From NCBI GenBank assembly GCA_003221005.1, contig QHTZ01000015.1:1-23892 (forward strand): a stretch of DNA of 23,892 nt, in the 5' to 3' direction. Position numbers and translations under genes: made by a program. Below, piece after piece: positions 9,220 through 18,612 of the stretch. The notes beneath the pieces were generated by a model that saw nothing but the letters and a program-made list of their open reading frames with translations, was not told where the DNA came from and did not search any database. The stretch is from Gemmatimonadota bacterium (GTDB lineage: Bacteria > Gemmatimonadota > Gemmatimonadetes > Gemmatimonadales > GWC2-71-9). Numbering within the stretch: the first letter of the stretch is position 1; the number at the start of each line of letters is the position of its first letter.

Positions 9220-9906
9220 GTGACCGCGCTCGTGATCGCGCACCGCGGCGCGTCGGGCTACGAGCTGGAGAACTCGCTCGCCGCCTTCCGCGCCGCCGGG
9301 CCGAAGGGCGCCGATGCCGTTGAGCTGGACGTGCACTCCACCACGGACGGCGCCCTGTTCGTGCACCACGACGACGCCCTCGACGGATCGCGCCGCATTC
9401 CGCAGCTGACGCGCGAGCAGGCCCGCGCGTTCCGCCTGGCGAACGGAGAGCCGCTGCCGCTGCTGGACGAGGCGCTCCAGGCGGCCGGCACGCTCCGCGT
9501 GTTCGTCGAGGTGAAGAGCCTCGACCCGCGCTTCGACGATCGGCTGCTCGCCGCGCTCGAGCGGGGCCCCAACCCTTCGGGCTACGCAGTCCACTCCTTC
9601 GATCACCGCGTGGTTCAGCGGCTCGGTAGCAGGCGCCCCGCCCTGCCCCGCGGCGTGCTCTCTGGGAGCTACCCCGTGCGCCCGCTGGCGCCACTGCACG
9701 ACGCCGGAGCGACCACCCTGTGGCAGGAGCGGTCGCTCGTGGACCGCGCCCTCGTCGATCTGATGCACGGGGCGGGGTGCCAGCTGCTGGTCTGGACCGT
9801 GGACCAGCCGGCGGAAATGGAGCGGCTGCTGTCGCTCGGCGTGGACGGGCTCTGCACGAATTTTCCCGACGTCGGCCGGCGCGTGGTGGATCGGTTCGCC
9901 GCATGA
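9220..9906 (+). CDS. Glycerophosphodiester phosphodiesterase family protein
   Basis: IAHRGASG, ENSLAAF, VELDVH, VHHD, VEVK, WTVD, GVDGLCTN. Confidence 0.9.
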   Translation: MTALVIAHRGASGYELENSLAAFRAAGPKGADAVELDVHSTTDGALFVHHDDALDGSRRIPQLTREQARAFRLANGEPLPLLDEALQAAGTLRVFVEVKSLDPRFDDRLLAALERGPNPSGYAVHSFDHRVVQRLGSRRPALPRGVLSGSYPVRPLAPLHDAGATTLWQERSLVDRALVDLMHGAGCQLLVWTVDQPAEMERLLSLGVDGLCTNFPDVGRRVVDRFAA

Positions 9907-10760
9907 GCGCGCCCCGGGTCGCCGTGATCGGCGCGGGCACGATGGGCCACGGCATCGCCTACGTCGCGGCGCTCGCGGGGTGCGACGTCAGGCTCACCGA
10001 CAGCCGCGCCGATGCGCTCCCACTGGCGCTGGACCGGATCACCGGGCTGTTGGCCGGCGCCGTGCAGCGCGGCAAGCTCACCGCCGACGAGCGGGCGGCC
10101 GTCGCCAGGCGCGTCCGGGGCGACGCCGCGCTCGGCCTCGCCGTCGCTGATGCGGGTGTTGTGATCGAGGCTGTGGTCGAGGACCTGGGCGTCAAGCAGG
10201 CGCTGTTTCGCGAAGTCGAGCACGCGGCACCGCGTGACGCGCTGCTCGCGACGAACACCTCCTCCCTCTCCATCGCCGCCATCGCGGGCGCCGTCCGCGA
10301 CCCCGCCAGAGTGATCGGCATCCATTTCTTCAACCCGGTACACGCGATGAAGCTCGTCGAGATCGTGACGCACCCGAGGCTGGGACATGGCGCCCTCGAT
10401 CGGGCGATCGCGCTCGCGCGGCAGCTCGGCAAGGAGCCGATCGTGGTGAAGGACTCGCCCGGGTTCGCCACGAGCCGGCTGGGCATCTTGCTTGGTCTCG
10501 AGGCGATGCGGATGGTCGAGGAAGGCGTGGCCTCGGTCGAGGACATCGACAAGGCGATGGAGCTGGGCTACAACCACCCGATGGGCCCGCTCAAGCTGTC
10601 GGACCTGGTCGGGCTCGACGTGCGGCTCGCGATCGCCGAGACGTTGCACCAGGCGCTGGAGGAGCCGCAGTTCCAGCCGCCGCGCATCCTGCGCGACAAG
10701 GTCGCGAAGGGCGAGCTCGGGAAGAAATCGGGGAAGGGCTTTTATGTGTGGGGCGGTTAG
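9903..10760 (+). CDS. 3-hydroxyacyl-CoA dehydrogenase (285 aa)
   Basis: VIGAGTMGHGIA, IEAVVE, TNTSSL, HFFNP, HPMGPL..DLVGLD; ATGA overlap. Confidence 0.93.
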   Translation: MSAPRVAVIGAGTMGHGIAYVAALAGCDVRLTDSRADALPLALDRITGLLAGAVQRGKLTADERAAVARRVRGDAALGLAVADAGVVIEAVVEDLGVKQALFREVEHAAPRDALLATNTSSLSIAAIAGAVRDPARVIGIHFFNPVHAMKLVEIVTHPRLGHGALDRAIALARQLGKEPIVVKDSPGFATSRLGILLGLEAMRMVEEGVASVEDIDKAMELGYNHPMGPLKLSDLVGLDVRLAIAETLHQALEEPQFQPPRILRDKVAKGELGKKSGKGFYVWGG

Positions 10761-11623
10761 TGGAGCGATTCAGCCGTATCACCGACGTCCACATTCACGT
10801 GCAGCCGTGGCGCGAGCTCAAGCCCGCGGTGCTCGACGTGATGCGCCGCGGCAAGGAAGCCGACTGGGACGTGCTGCTCCAGCTCATGGACGACCCGGCC
10901 GCTCTGCTCGAGCTGATGGACCGGGCCGGCGTGTGGCGCGCCGGCCTCGTGAACTACCCCGCGCCCGACGTCATGGGCTTCACCGACGCCGCCAACGCGT
11001 TCGCCGCCCGCTACGCGGAGGCGAACCGCGAGCGGCTGCTGCCGTACGGCGGCGTGCATCCCCGGTTCACCCGTGATCCCGCGGGCGACGTGGACCGGCT
11101 GTTCGAGCTCGGGATCCGCGTCCTCAAGCTGCACCCCCCGCACCAGTTGTTCCCCGCGAACGCCTACACCGGGGGACTCGACGCGCTGGGAACGATCTAC
11201 CGACGCGCCGAGGAGCGCGGCTTGCCGGTGATGGTGCATACCGGAACGAGCGTCTTCCCAGGGGCGCGTGCCAAGTACGGCAACCCGCTGGAACTCGATG
11301 ACGTGGCGGTCGACTTTCCCGATCTCACGCTGCTGATGGCCCACGGCGGCCGGCCCCTCTACATGGAGGAGGCGTTCTTCGTCCTGCGCCGGCACAAGAA
11401 CGTGTGGCTCGACGTATCCGGGATTCCGCCGGCGAAGTTGTTGCAGTACTTTCCGCGACTCTCCGAGCTCGCGGACCGGGCGCTGTGGGGGACCGATTGG
11501 CCCGGACCGGGGGTGCGGGACATGAAGCAGAACATCGAGCAGTTCGCGACGCTCCCGCTCTCGGACGCTCACCGCAAGGCGATTCTCGAGACCAATGCGC
11601 TGGCTGTGCTTCCTCCTCGCTAG
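10760..11623 (+). CDS. Amidohydrolase_2 family metal-dependent hydrolase/decarboxylase
   Basis: DVHIH, KLHPPHQ, VMVHTG, MAHGG, WGTDWP; TAGTG overlap. Confidence 0.85.
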   Translation: MERFSRITDVHIHVQPWRELKPAVLDVMRRGKEADWDVLLQLMDDPAALLELMDRAGVWRAGLVNYPAPDVMGFTDAANAFAARYAEANRERLLPYGGVHPRFTRDPAGDVDRLFELGIRVLKLHPPHQLFPANAYTGGLDALGTIYRRAEERGLPVMVHTGTSVFPGARAKYGNPLELDDVAVDFPDLTLLMAHGGRPLYMEEAFFVLRRHKNVWLDVSGIPPAKLLQYFPRLSELADRALWGTDWPGPGVRDMKQNIEQFATLPLSDAHRKAILETNALAVLPPR

Positions 11624-12350
11624 CACTGCCGCCGCCCAGGGGGGCGCGGGGGGTGGGCGGCCGGTGAAGCCGCTGCGGTTCGACCTCGCCGCCATTCCCG
11701 TGACCCGGGACTCGTTCACCTTCTTCCTCGATCGCCAGGCGCACGGCTTCGCTGTGTGGCAGTACGAGACCCGCGCGCGCACTCCGCATGAGGAGGTCGT
11801 GTACTCTGCGTACTCGGAGTTTCAGCCGGTCGAGGAGGAGCGGCTCCGCGTCGTGCTCGATCGGACCAGCGGCGCTCCGCTCGCATCGTACCACCACATC
11901 GAGCTGTTCTCGCCCCGGAGCGACACCCTCATGGTGGAGCACGACCTCGAAGTGAAGGACGGCCGGGTCCAGGGCACGCGCAAGGTCGGCACCAAGGATG
12001 GCAAGGTGAAGGCCATCCCCGTGAGCGTGCCGCTGCCGCCCGGTACCGTGTGGTCCAACTACGAGCTGTACGCCGCCGCGGTCACGAACGCCGAGCCCGG
12101 CGACTCGCTCGCCGCCCCGGACTACCGCGAGTTCAGCGATTCGCTCCGCACGCTGTACTTTTTCGCCGAGCAGCCCACGGCCGTCAACGTGCCAGCGGGG
12201 CGGTTCGACGTCCTCCCCTTACGCAGCGGCGACTTCCGTCTCTACGTCACCCGGCAGCCGCCGCGGCGCGTGGTCAAGGGGGAGACGCTGGACGGGCGGT
12301 TCAGCTTCGAGCTGGCGCACACCGGGCCCGTCGTGCCCACGGACCCGTGA
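11595..12350 (+). CDS. Secreted beta-rich hypothetical protein (DUF3108-like)
   Basis: Signal peptide MRWLCFLLASTAAA-Q; VNVPAGRFDV motif; C-terminal LYVTRQPPRRVVK. Confidence 0.65.
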   Translation: MRWLCFLLASTAAAQGGAGGGRPVKPLRFDLAAIPVTRDSFTFFLDRQAHGFAVWQYETRARTPHEEVVYSAYSEFQPVEEERLRVVLDRTSGAPLASYHHIELFSPRSDTLMVEHDLEVKDGRVQGTRKVGTKDGKVKAIPVSVPLPPGTVWSNYELYAAAVTNAEPGDSLAAPDYREFSDSLRTLYFFAEQPTAVNVPAGRFDVLPLRSGDFRLYVTRQPPRRVVKGETLDGRFSFELAHTGPVVPTDP

Positions 12351-12384
12351 CGTGACCGGACTCCCACAACGGAGTGGACATCTG

Positions 12385-13764
12385 ATGCCGCGACGCGCGC
12401 TCATTGCTGTTTCGGTCAGTCTCGCGCTGTGTCTCGCGCCCGGTGGACTAGTCTGCCAGACGGCAGGCCAGATCAACTACGCCACGTTCACGCTGCCGAA
12501 CGGCCTGCGGGTGATCTACGCGGAGGATCACACCACGGCGGTCGTGTCGGTGGACCTGTGGTACAACGTGGGATCGCGTAACGAGCGCCCCGGCCGCTCC
12601 GGGTTCGCGCATCTGTTCGAGCACCTCATGTTCGAGGGATCGGCGCATGCGCCCAAGGGGCTGCACTCGCACTTGATCGAAAGCGCCGGCGGGCAGGACA
12701 ACGCTTCGACCGCCGAGGACCGCACCAACTTCTACGCGACCGTCCCCTCGAACTACCTGAACGTCGTGCTGTGGCTCGAAGCGGACCGCATGCGCTCCCT
12801 CACCGTGACCGACGAGACGTTCCACAACCAGCGGGAGACCGTGAAGGAGGAGCGCCGGCTCCGGGTGGACAACGAGCCCTACGGCGAGCTCTTCGCCGAC
12901 GGGCTGACCTGGCCGTTCGACAGCGCGACGTGCTTCCCTTACGCGCACAGCGTCATCGGCTCGATGGCGAACCTGAACGCGGCCACGCTCCCGGACGTGA
13001 GGCAGTTCTTCGAGACCTACTACGCGCCCAACAACGCCACGCTCGTCGTGAGCGGCGACTTCCGAGTGGTGGAACTGCGGCGTCTCGTGAACCAGTACTT
13101 CGCCGGCGTGCGCGCGCACCCGACGCCACCCCCGATCGCGTGCGAGTACCGGCTCTCGCCCGGTCCCCAGCACCGCACGCTGACCGACCGCCACGCCAAT
13201 CTCCCTGCGGTCGTGCGGATGTACCGCGTCCCGCCGCACGACGACCCCGACACGCCCGCGCTCGGGCTCCTCAACATCATCCTGGGCGACGGGGAGAGCT
13301 CGCGCCTGAACGTGGCGGTGGTGCGGCGGGAAAAGGCCGCGCTCGGCGTGCAGGTGATGATCAACCCCTACGACGTGCGGCGCGGCCCCGGGGTGCTGCT
13401 TGTCCTCGGAATCGCGAACCAGGGGGTCGATCCGGCGAAGCTCGACTCCTTGCTGGCCCGGGAGGTGGACAGCATGCGCACCACGAACGTGGCGCCGGAG
13501 GAGCTCGAGAAGGCCAAGAACCTGTTCCGCGCCGACTTCGTCCGCACCCGCGAGACCTCACTCGGACGCGCGGAAGAGCTCCAGCACTACCAGATGTTCC
13601 ACCGCTCGCTCGCCGAGATTAACACTGATCTCGATCGCTATCTCGCCGTTACGGCGGACGACATCCGGCGCGTCGCCGGCAAGTACCTCGACGCGGTCAA
13701 TGCGGTGGACGTGATCGTGCGGCCGGGAGCGGGTGGAGCAAAGTCGACGGGAGGTGGCGAATGA
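12385..13764 (+). CDS. M16B zinc peptidase, catalytic subunit
   Basis: LPNGLRV, WYNVGSRNE, HLFEH (HxxEH), VKEERR, YYAPNNA; signal peptide. Alternative start is GTG 12352. Confidence 0.92.
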   Translation: MPRRALIAVSVSLALCLAPGGLVCQTAGQINYATFTLPNGLRVIYAEDHTTAVVSVDLWYNVGSRNERPGRSGFAHLFEHLMFEGSAHAPKGLHSHLIESAGGQDNASTAEDRTNFYATVPSNYLNVVLWLEADRMRSLTVTDETFHNQRETVKEERRLRVDNEPYGELFADGLTWPFDSATCFPYAHSVIGSMANLNAATLPDVRQFFETYYAPNNATLVVSGDFRVVELRRLVNQYFAGVRAHPTPPPIACEYRLSPGPQHRTLTDRHANLPAVVRMYRVPPHDDPDTPALGLLNIILGDGESSRLNVAVVRREKAALGVQVMINPYDVRRGPGVLLVLGIANQGVDPAKLDSLLAREVDSMRTTNVAPEELEKAKNLFRADFVRTRETSLGRAEELQHYQMFHRSLAEINTDLDRYLAVTADDIRRVAGKYLDAVNAVDVIVRPGAGGAKSTGGGE

Positions 13765-15878
13765 GGGCGGTCCGGCGGTCGGGCGGTCGGGCGGTCCAGC
13801 GTCTGCTGGTCCTGGCATCGCTGTTGACCGCCAGACCGCCTGACCGCCTGATCGCCCAGGATTCTTTCCCAATGCGTCCCCCGCGGCCCGCCACGCTCTC
13901 CCCCGCGCGGTTCCCTCCGTTCGAGGAGGCCAGGCTCGCGAACGGGGTCGAGCTGGTCGTGGTCGAGCGGCACGAGGAGCCCGTGGCCTCCGTGAGCCTG
14001 AGCTTCCGTGCCGGGGGGATCTACGACCCGTCGGGGAAGGAAGGGCTCGCGGTGCTGGCGGCGGAAGTCCTGACCAAGGGGACGGCCACCCGCTCCGCGG
14101 AGCAGATCGCCGCCACGATCGAAGGCGTCGGAGGCAGTCTGTCGGCGAGCGCGGGTGACGACTTTCTCACGATCGCGGGCGACGCGTTGAGCGACCAGCT
14201 GGAGCTCCTGTTCGGCCTGGTCGGTGACGTGACGTTGCACGCGACGTTTCCAGCAAGCGAGGTGGAGCTTGCGCGCACGCGGGAGCTGTCGGCCCTGGCG
14301 CTCGAGCTGTCGCAGCCGGCGAGCGTCGCATCGCGGTTCTTCGCAAAGGAGATCTACGGGAGCAACCCCTACGGGCGCAGCTCCACCGAGCAGAGCCTCA
14401 AGGCAATCACGCAGCAGGATCTCGTGGGCTTCGCGCGCGCGCGGCTCCGCCCGGCGGGCGCGCTCCTCGTCGTCGCGGGCGACGTCACCCGAGCGCAGGT
14501 CGAGTCGCTCGCGCAGCAGGCCTTCGCTGGCTGGACGGGTGCGCCGCCGCCCTCGCCCGCCGCGGTGACCGCGCGCGCCAAGCGGGCGAGCGACATGCTG
14601 CTCGTCCACCGCCCCGGGTCGGCACAGTCGAACGTGCTGGTCGGGAACACGACCATCCTGCCCACCGATTCGCTCTACTATGCCGGCCGCCTCGCGACTC
14701 ACGTCCTGGGCGGCGGCGCGGACTCGCGTCTGTTCCGGATTCTGCGCGAGGAGAAGAGCTGGACCTACGACGCCCACGCCGCGCTGCGCCGCTACCGCGG
14801 CCTCGGGTACTGGGTCGCGGCGGTGGAGGTGCGCACCGAAGCGACCGACAGCGCGCTCAAGGAGCTGCTTCATCAGATCGACGTAATCCGGACCCGCGTG
14901 GTCCCGGACTCGGAGCTGGACGCGGCGAAGGGCTATCTCGTGGGCTCCTTCCCGCTCACGATCGAGACCCCGCGGCAGATCGCGGGCCAGGTGACGAGCG
15001 CCAAGCTGCTTGGCCTCGACCCTGACTACCTGCGGCTGTACCGCGAGCGGCTGAGAGCGGTCCGGTCACTCGCGGTCCGGGCAGCCGCCCAGCGCCTGTA
15101 CCACGCCGGCGTCTTATCTATCGTCGTCGCGGGAGATGGGGCGAAGCTGTACGACGCGCTCAAGGCCATCGCCCCGGTGCGGGTCGTGGACGTGGACGGC
15201 AACCCGATCGCGCCTGCGGACCTCGTCCCGAAGGCCAGTGCGCTGCCGCTCGACCCGGCACAGCTCGTACCCCACCGCGACAGCTTCGCGGTGACGCTCC
15301 AGGGGAAGCCGATCGGCGCACGGGTGACCGCCGTGCGACGCACGGCGGACTCGCTCGTGTTCAACGAGACGCTCGCGTTCGGGACCGGTGGCAAGCAGGA
15401 CTTGACGGTTGTGTTCGATCCCGCCGATCTGAGCGTGCGGCGGGTAGACCAGACGGGCAGCACCGGCGGCCAGCCGAACGAGGTGCACCTGGTGTACGGC
15501 GCCGGGCGCGTCAAGGGGAGCGCCGTCGTGCCGGACCAGAGCGGCACGCCCCGCACGGTGGCGATTGACACGACCATCGCCCCGGGGACCTACGACGACA
15601 ACGCGATCGATGTGATCGTGCTCGCGCTCCCGCTCGCCCCGGGGAAGCGCTTCGCGGTCAATGGATTCTCGTCGGGCGACGCGAGCGCCAAGGTGCTCAC
15701 CGTGGCGGTAGCCGGGCTCGACAGCGTGACCGTACCCGCCGGCACGTTCGCCGCATTCAAGGTCCAGGTGTCGGGCGGCCAGGCGCCGTTCGTCCTCCAC
15801 GTCACTCGCGACGCTCCCCGCCGGATCGTCAAGTTCGCGATGGTGGGAGCGCCGATCGTCTTCGAACTCGTGCAATAG
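13761..15878 (+). CDS. M16B peptidase non-catalytic subunit with extra C-terminal beta domain
   Basis: LANGVELVV; HxxEH replaced by VLAAE; SRLFRILREEKSWTY (R/Y motif); about 210-aa C-terminal extension containing VTVPAGTF. Confidence 0.88.
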   Translation: MRAVRRSGGRAVQRLLVLASLLTARPPDRLIAQDSFPMRPPRPATLSPARFPPFEEARLANGVELVVVERHEEPVASVSLSFRAGGIYDPSGKEGLAVLAAEVLTKGTATRSAEQIAATIEGVGGSLSASAGDDFLTIAGDALSDQLELLFGLVGDVTLHATFPASEVELARTRELSALALELSQPASVASRFFAKEIYGSNPYGRSSTEQSLKAITQQDLVGFARARLRPAGALLVVAGDVTRAQVESLAQQAFAGWTGAPPPSPAAVTARAKRASDMLLVHRPGSAQSNVLVGNTTILPTDSLYYAGRLATHVLGGGADSRLFRILREEKSWTYDAHAALRRYRGLGYWVAAVEVRTEATDSALKELLHQIDVIRTRVVPDSELDAAKGYLVGSFPLTIETPRQIAGQVTSAKLLGLDPDYLRLYRERLRAVRSLAVRAAAQRLYHAGVLSIVVAGDGAKLYDALKAIAPVRVVDVDGNPIAPADLVPKASALPLDPAQLVPHRDSFAVTLQGKPIGARVTAVRRTADSLVFNETLAFGTGGKQDLTVVFDPADLSVRRVDQTGSTGGQPNEVHLVYGAGRVKGSAVVPDQSGTPRTVAIDTTIAPGTYDDNAIDVIVLALPLAPGKRFAVNGFSSGDASAKVLTVAVAGLDSVTVPAGTFAAFKVQVSGGQAPFVLHVTRDAPRRIVKFAMVGAPIVFELVQ
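13766..13856. repeat. 4+4 inverted tandem repeat (GGCGGTC x4 ... GACCGCC x4), 8-bp period, inside a signal peptide
   Basis: GGCGGTC at 13766, 13774, 13782, 13790; GACCGCC at 13826, 13834, 13842 and GATCGCC at 13850. Confidence 0.92.
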
Positions 15879-15889
15879 CAGAGGACCCG

Positions 15890-17335
15890 ATGAGAGCAGC
15901 CACCGCATACCTGCTCGCCGGCTGGGCGGCGGCGTGCGCCTCCAGCGGGGCGCACGCGGCGCCTGCTGCCGTTCCTGCCGCCGCAGCCACGCCTGCGCCG
16001 CGGGGAGCCACCGGCACCGCTGCCGAGAGCCTCAGCGTCAACCGCCCCCAGTACCCGTCCACTTACCAGCGCCACCCCTACCCGCCCGTCGTCATCACCA
16101 ACGCCACGATCATGACCGCCGCCGGACAGGAGATCCCGCACGCGTCGATCCTGTTCCGTGAAGGCCAGATCGTCGCGGTCGGCGCCACGGTGCAGGCGCC
16201 GTCCGACGCGATCAAGGTGGACGGCACCGGCAAGTGGGTGACGCCCGGCATCATCGACGTGCACTCGCACTTGGGCGTCTACGCGGCCCCTGCGACGGAC
16301 GCCGAGTCGGACGGCAACGAGCTCACCGGTCCCGTCACGGCGGAGGTGTGGGCGGAGCACTCCTTCTGGCCGCAGGACCCGCAGATTCCGCTCGCGATCG
16401 CGGGGGGCGTGACCACGATTCAGGCGCTCCCCGGGTCGGGCAACCTGATCGGCGGGCGGAGCGCGGTCCTGAAGCTCATCCCCACCCGCACCGTGCAGGC
16501 GATGAAATTCCCCGGCGCCCATTACGGCCTCAAGATGGCGTGCGGTGAGAACCCGAAGCGCGTGTACGGACGGCGGAACCAGTTCCCATCGACTCGGATG
16601 GGCAACGTGGCGGGCTACCGCGGCGCCTTCATCCAGGCGGAGGAATATCGGCGCAAGTGGGACGCGTGGAACCGCGACCACAAGGGTGATCCCCCCGACC
16701 GCAACCTGCGGCTCGAGACCCTGGCCGAGGTGCTGCGGGGCAACATCTACGTGCAGAACCACTGCTACCGCGCCGACGAGATGGCGCAGATGCTCGACCT
16801 CGCCCGCGAATTCGGCTTCAAGATCCGCGCGTTCCATCACGCGGTGGAGTCGTACAAGATCGGCGATCTCCTGGCGCAGGCGGGCACGGCCTCGGCCGTG
16901 TGGGCGGACTGGTACGGCTTCAAAGAAGAGGCGATGGACGGCATCCAGCAAAACGCGGCGCTGCTCCAGCAGGCGGGGGCGCGCATCACGCTGCACTCGG
17001 ACGATCCGGGCGGCATCCAGCGCCTGAACCAGGAGACGGCGAAGGCGATGTACGCCGGGCAACGCGCCGGGATCCCGGTCACGCGGGACCAGGCGCTGCG
17101 ATGGATCACCGCGAACCCGGCGTGGGTGTTGGGGCTCGACTCGGTCGTCGGTACTCTCGAGCCCGGGAAGATGGCAGACGTCGTGCTGTGGTCAGGAGAT
17201 CCGTTCTCCGTCTACAGCAAGGCGGTGCAGGTCTATAACGACGGGTGGCTGGTGTACGACCGCAACGACCCGGCGCACCAACCGCGGTCCGACTTCGAGC
17301 TGGGCCAGGAGCCGCCGCCCGGGAGCGACCGATGA
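15890..17335 (+). CDS. Amidohydrolase_1 family, probable lipoprotein, metal site intact
   Basis: Lipobox-like WAAAC; PGIIDVHSH, KMACGENPK, NHCYR, FHHAVE, LHSD, GTLEPGKMADVVLW. Confidence 0.88.
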   Translation: MRAATAYLLAGWAAACASSGAHAAPAAVPAAAATPAPRGATGTAAESLSVNRPQYPSTYQRHPYPPVVITNATIMTAAGQEIPHASILFREGQIVAVGATVQAPSDAIKVDGTGKWVTPGIIDVHSHLGVYAAPATDAESDGNELTGPVTAEVWAEHSFWPQDPQIPLAIAGGVTTIQALPGSGNLIGGRSAVLKLIPTRTVQAMKFPGAHYGLKMACGENPKRVYGRRNQFPSTRMGNVAGYRGAFIQAEEYRRKWDAWNRDHKGDPPDRNLRLETLAEVLRGNIYVQNHCYRADEMAQMLDLAREFGFKIRAFHHAVESYKIGDLLAQAGTASAVWADWYGFKEEAMDGIQQNAALLQQAGARITLHSDDPGGIQRLNQETAKAMYAGQRAGIPVTRDQALRWITANPAWVLGLDSVVGTLEPGKMADVVLWSGDPFSVYSKAVQVYNDGWLVYDRNDPAHQPRSDFELGQEPPPGSDR

Positions 17336-18540
17336 TCGCGGTGCTACTCGCCCAGACGATCGCGATCACGGGCGGCACGGTGTATCCCGTGTCCGGTCCG
17401 AAGGTCGACCATGCGACGGTCCTGATGCGCGACGGCCGGATCGCGGCCGTGGGCGCCAACGTGCCGGTTCCCCACGATGCCCTGCGGATCGACGCGACCG
17501 GCAAATGGGTCACGCCGGGGCTGATCGATGGCGCAGGTCAGATGGGTTTGACGGAGATCGGCGCGGTGCCGGGGACGAACGACGCTGCGGTGCGGAACGA
17601 CACCGTGGCCGCGTCGTTCAATGTGGCCGAAGGGATCAACCCGGCGTCCACACTCATCCCGATCACACGCATCGAAGGCGTCACGACGACGCTGGCCGCG
17701 CCCGAGACCGGTCTCATCCGCGGGCAGGCGGTGCTCATCGACCTCGACGGAGCGACCCTTGAGGCGATGCTCGTGAAGTCGCCGGTCGCCGTCGTGGCGG
17801 AGCTGTCGGAGCGCACCAAGGATGCGGGAGGCGGGTCCCGCGCCGGCGCCGCGGAGCGGCTGCGCCGTGTGTTCGACGACGCGCTCGAGTACGGCCGCCG
17901 CAAGACCGACTGGGCGCGCGCGCAGATCCACCCGCTCGCGGCGTCCGGCGCTGACCTGGCGGCGCTCGGTCCGGTGCTGCGGGGAGAGCTCCCCCTTATC
18001 GTGATCGCGAACCGGCGCAGCGATATCGAGACCGCGCTCCGTATCGGGCGGGAGTACCACCTGAAGCTGATCCTCGCGGGCGCAGCGGAGGGGTGGTTGA
18101 GCGCGAGCGCCATCGCGCGCGCCAACGTGCCGGTCCTGGTCCGGCCGCTCGACAACGTTCCCTCCTACGACGCGCTCGGCGTCCGCTACGAGAACGCCGC
18201 TTTACTCGCGAGGGCCGGCGTGAAGGTTGCGCTGCTGGAAACCGACACCCACAACTCCCGCAACCTGCGCCAGCAGGCTGGAAACGCAGTCGCGAACGGC
18301 ATGACATGGGACCAGGCGCTGCGGGCGGTGACGCTGTCGCCTGCCGAGATCTTCGGCGTGGCCGACCGCTACGGCTCAATCGCGCTCGGCAAAGTCGCCG
18401 ACGTCGTGGTCTGGTCGGGAGACCCGTTCGAGTTTGCGACGGCTGTGGAGCACGTCTACATCCGGGGACGGGAGATTCCGCTCAAGAGCCGGCAGACGGA
18501 GCTGCTGGAACGGTATCGAAAGCTGCCACCGACGTATTAG
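17332..18540 (+). CDS. Amidohydrolase_1 family, degenerate metal site (402 aa)
   Basis: Same fold motifs (DATGKWVTPGLID, GKVADVVVWSGDPF), but HxH is replaced by AGQ; ATGA overlap. Confidence 0.85.
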   Translation: MIAVLLAQTIAITGGTVYPVSGPKVDHATVLMRDGRIAAVGANVPVPHDALRIDATGKWVTPGLIDGAGQMGLTEIGAVPGTNDAAVRNDTVAASFNVAEGINPASTLIPITRIEGVTTTLAAPETGLIRGQAVLIDLDGATLEAMLVKSPVAVVAELSERTKDAGGGSRAGAAERLRRVFDDALEYGRRKTDWARAQIHPLAASGADLAALGPVLRGELPLIVIANRRSDIETALRIGREYHLKLILAGAAEGWLSASAIARANVPVLVRPLDNVPSYDALGVRYENAALLARAGVKVALLETDTHNSRNLRQQAGNAVANGMTWDQALRAVTLSPAEIFGVADRYGSIALGKVADVVVWSGDPFEFATAVEHVYIRGREIPLKSRQTELLERYRKLPPTY

Positions 18541-18612
18541 GCGGCAAGTGGCGGATGGAGACGGTAAGGGGCGGTATACCGCCTCCTACCGCCCCTTCCC
18601 GCCTTCTACCGC
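18540..18612. repeat. 4+4 inverted tandem repeat, 10-bp period, between convergent genes; possible bidirectional terminator
   Basis: GGCGG/GACGG units at 18540, 18550, 18560, 18570; central palindrome GGCGGTATACCGCC (18570-18583); T(A/C)CCGC units at 18577, 18587, 18597, 18607. No U-tract. Confidence 0.88.

Noticed and set aside
11639-11660. G-run cluster, possible G-quadruplex or slippage site
   Set aside because: It encodes a Gly-rich linker, the frame is intact, and such runs are expected at this GC content.
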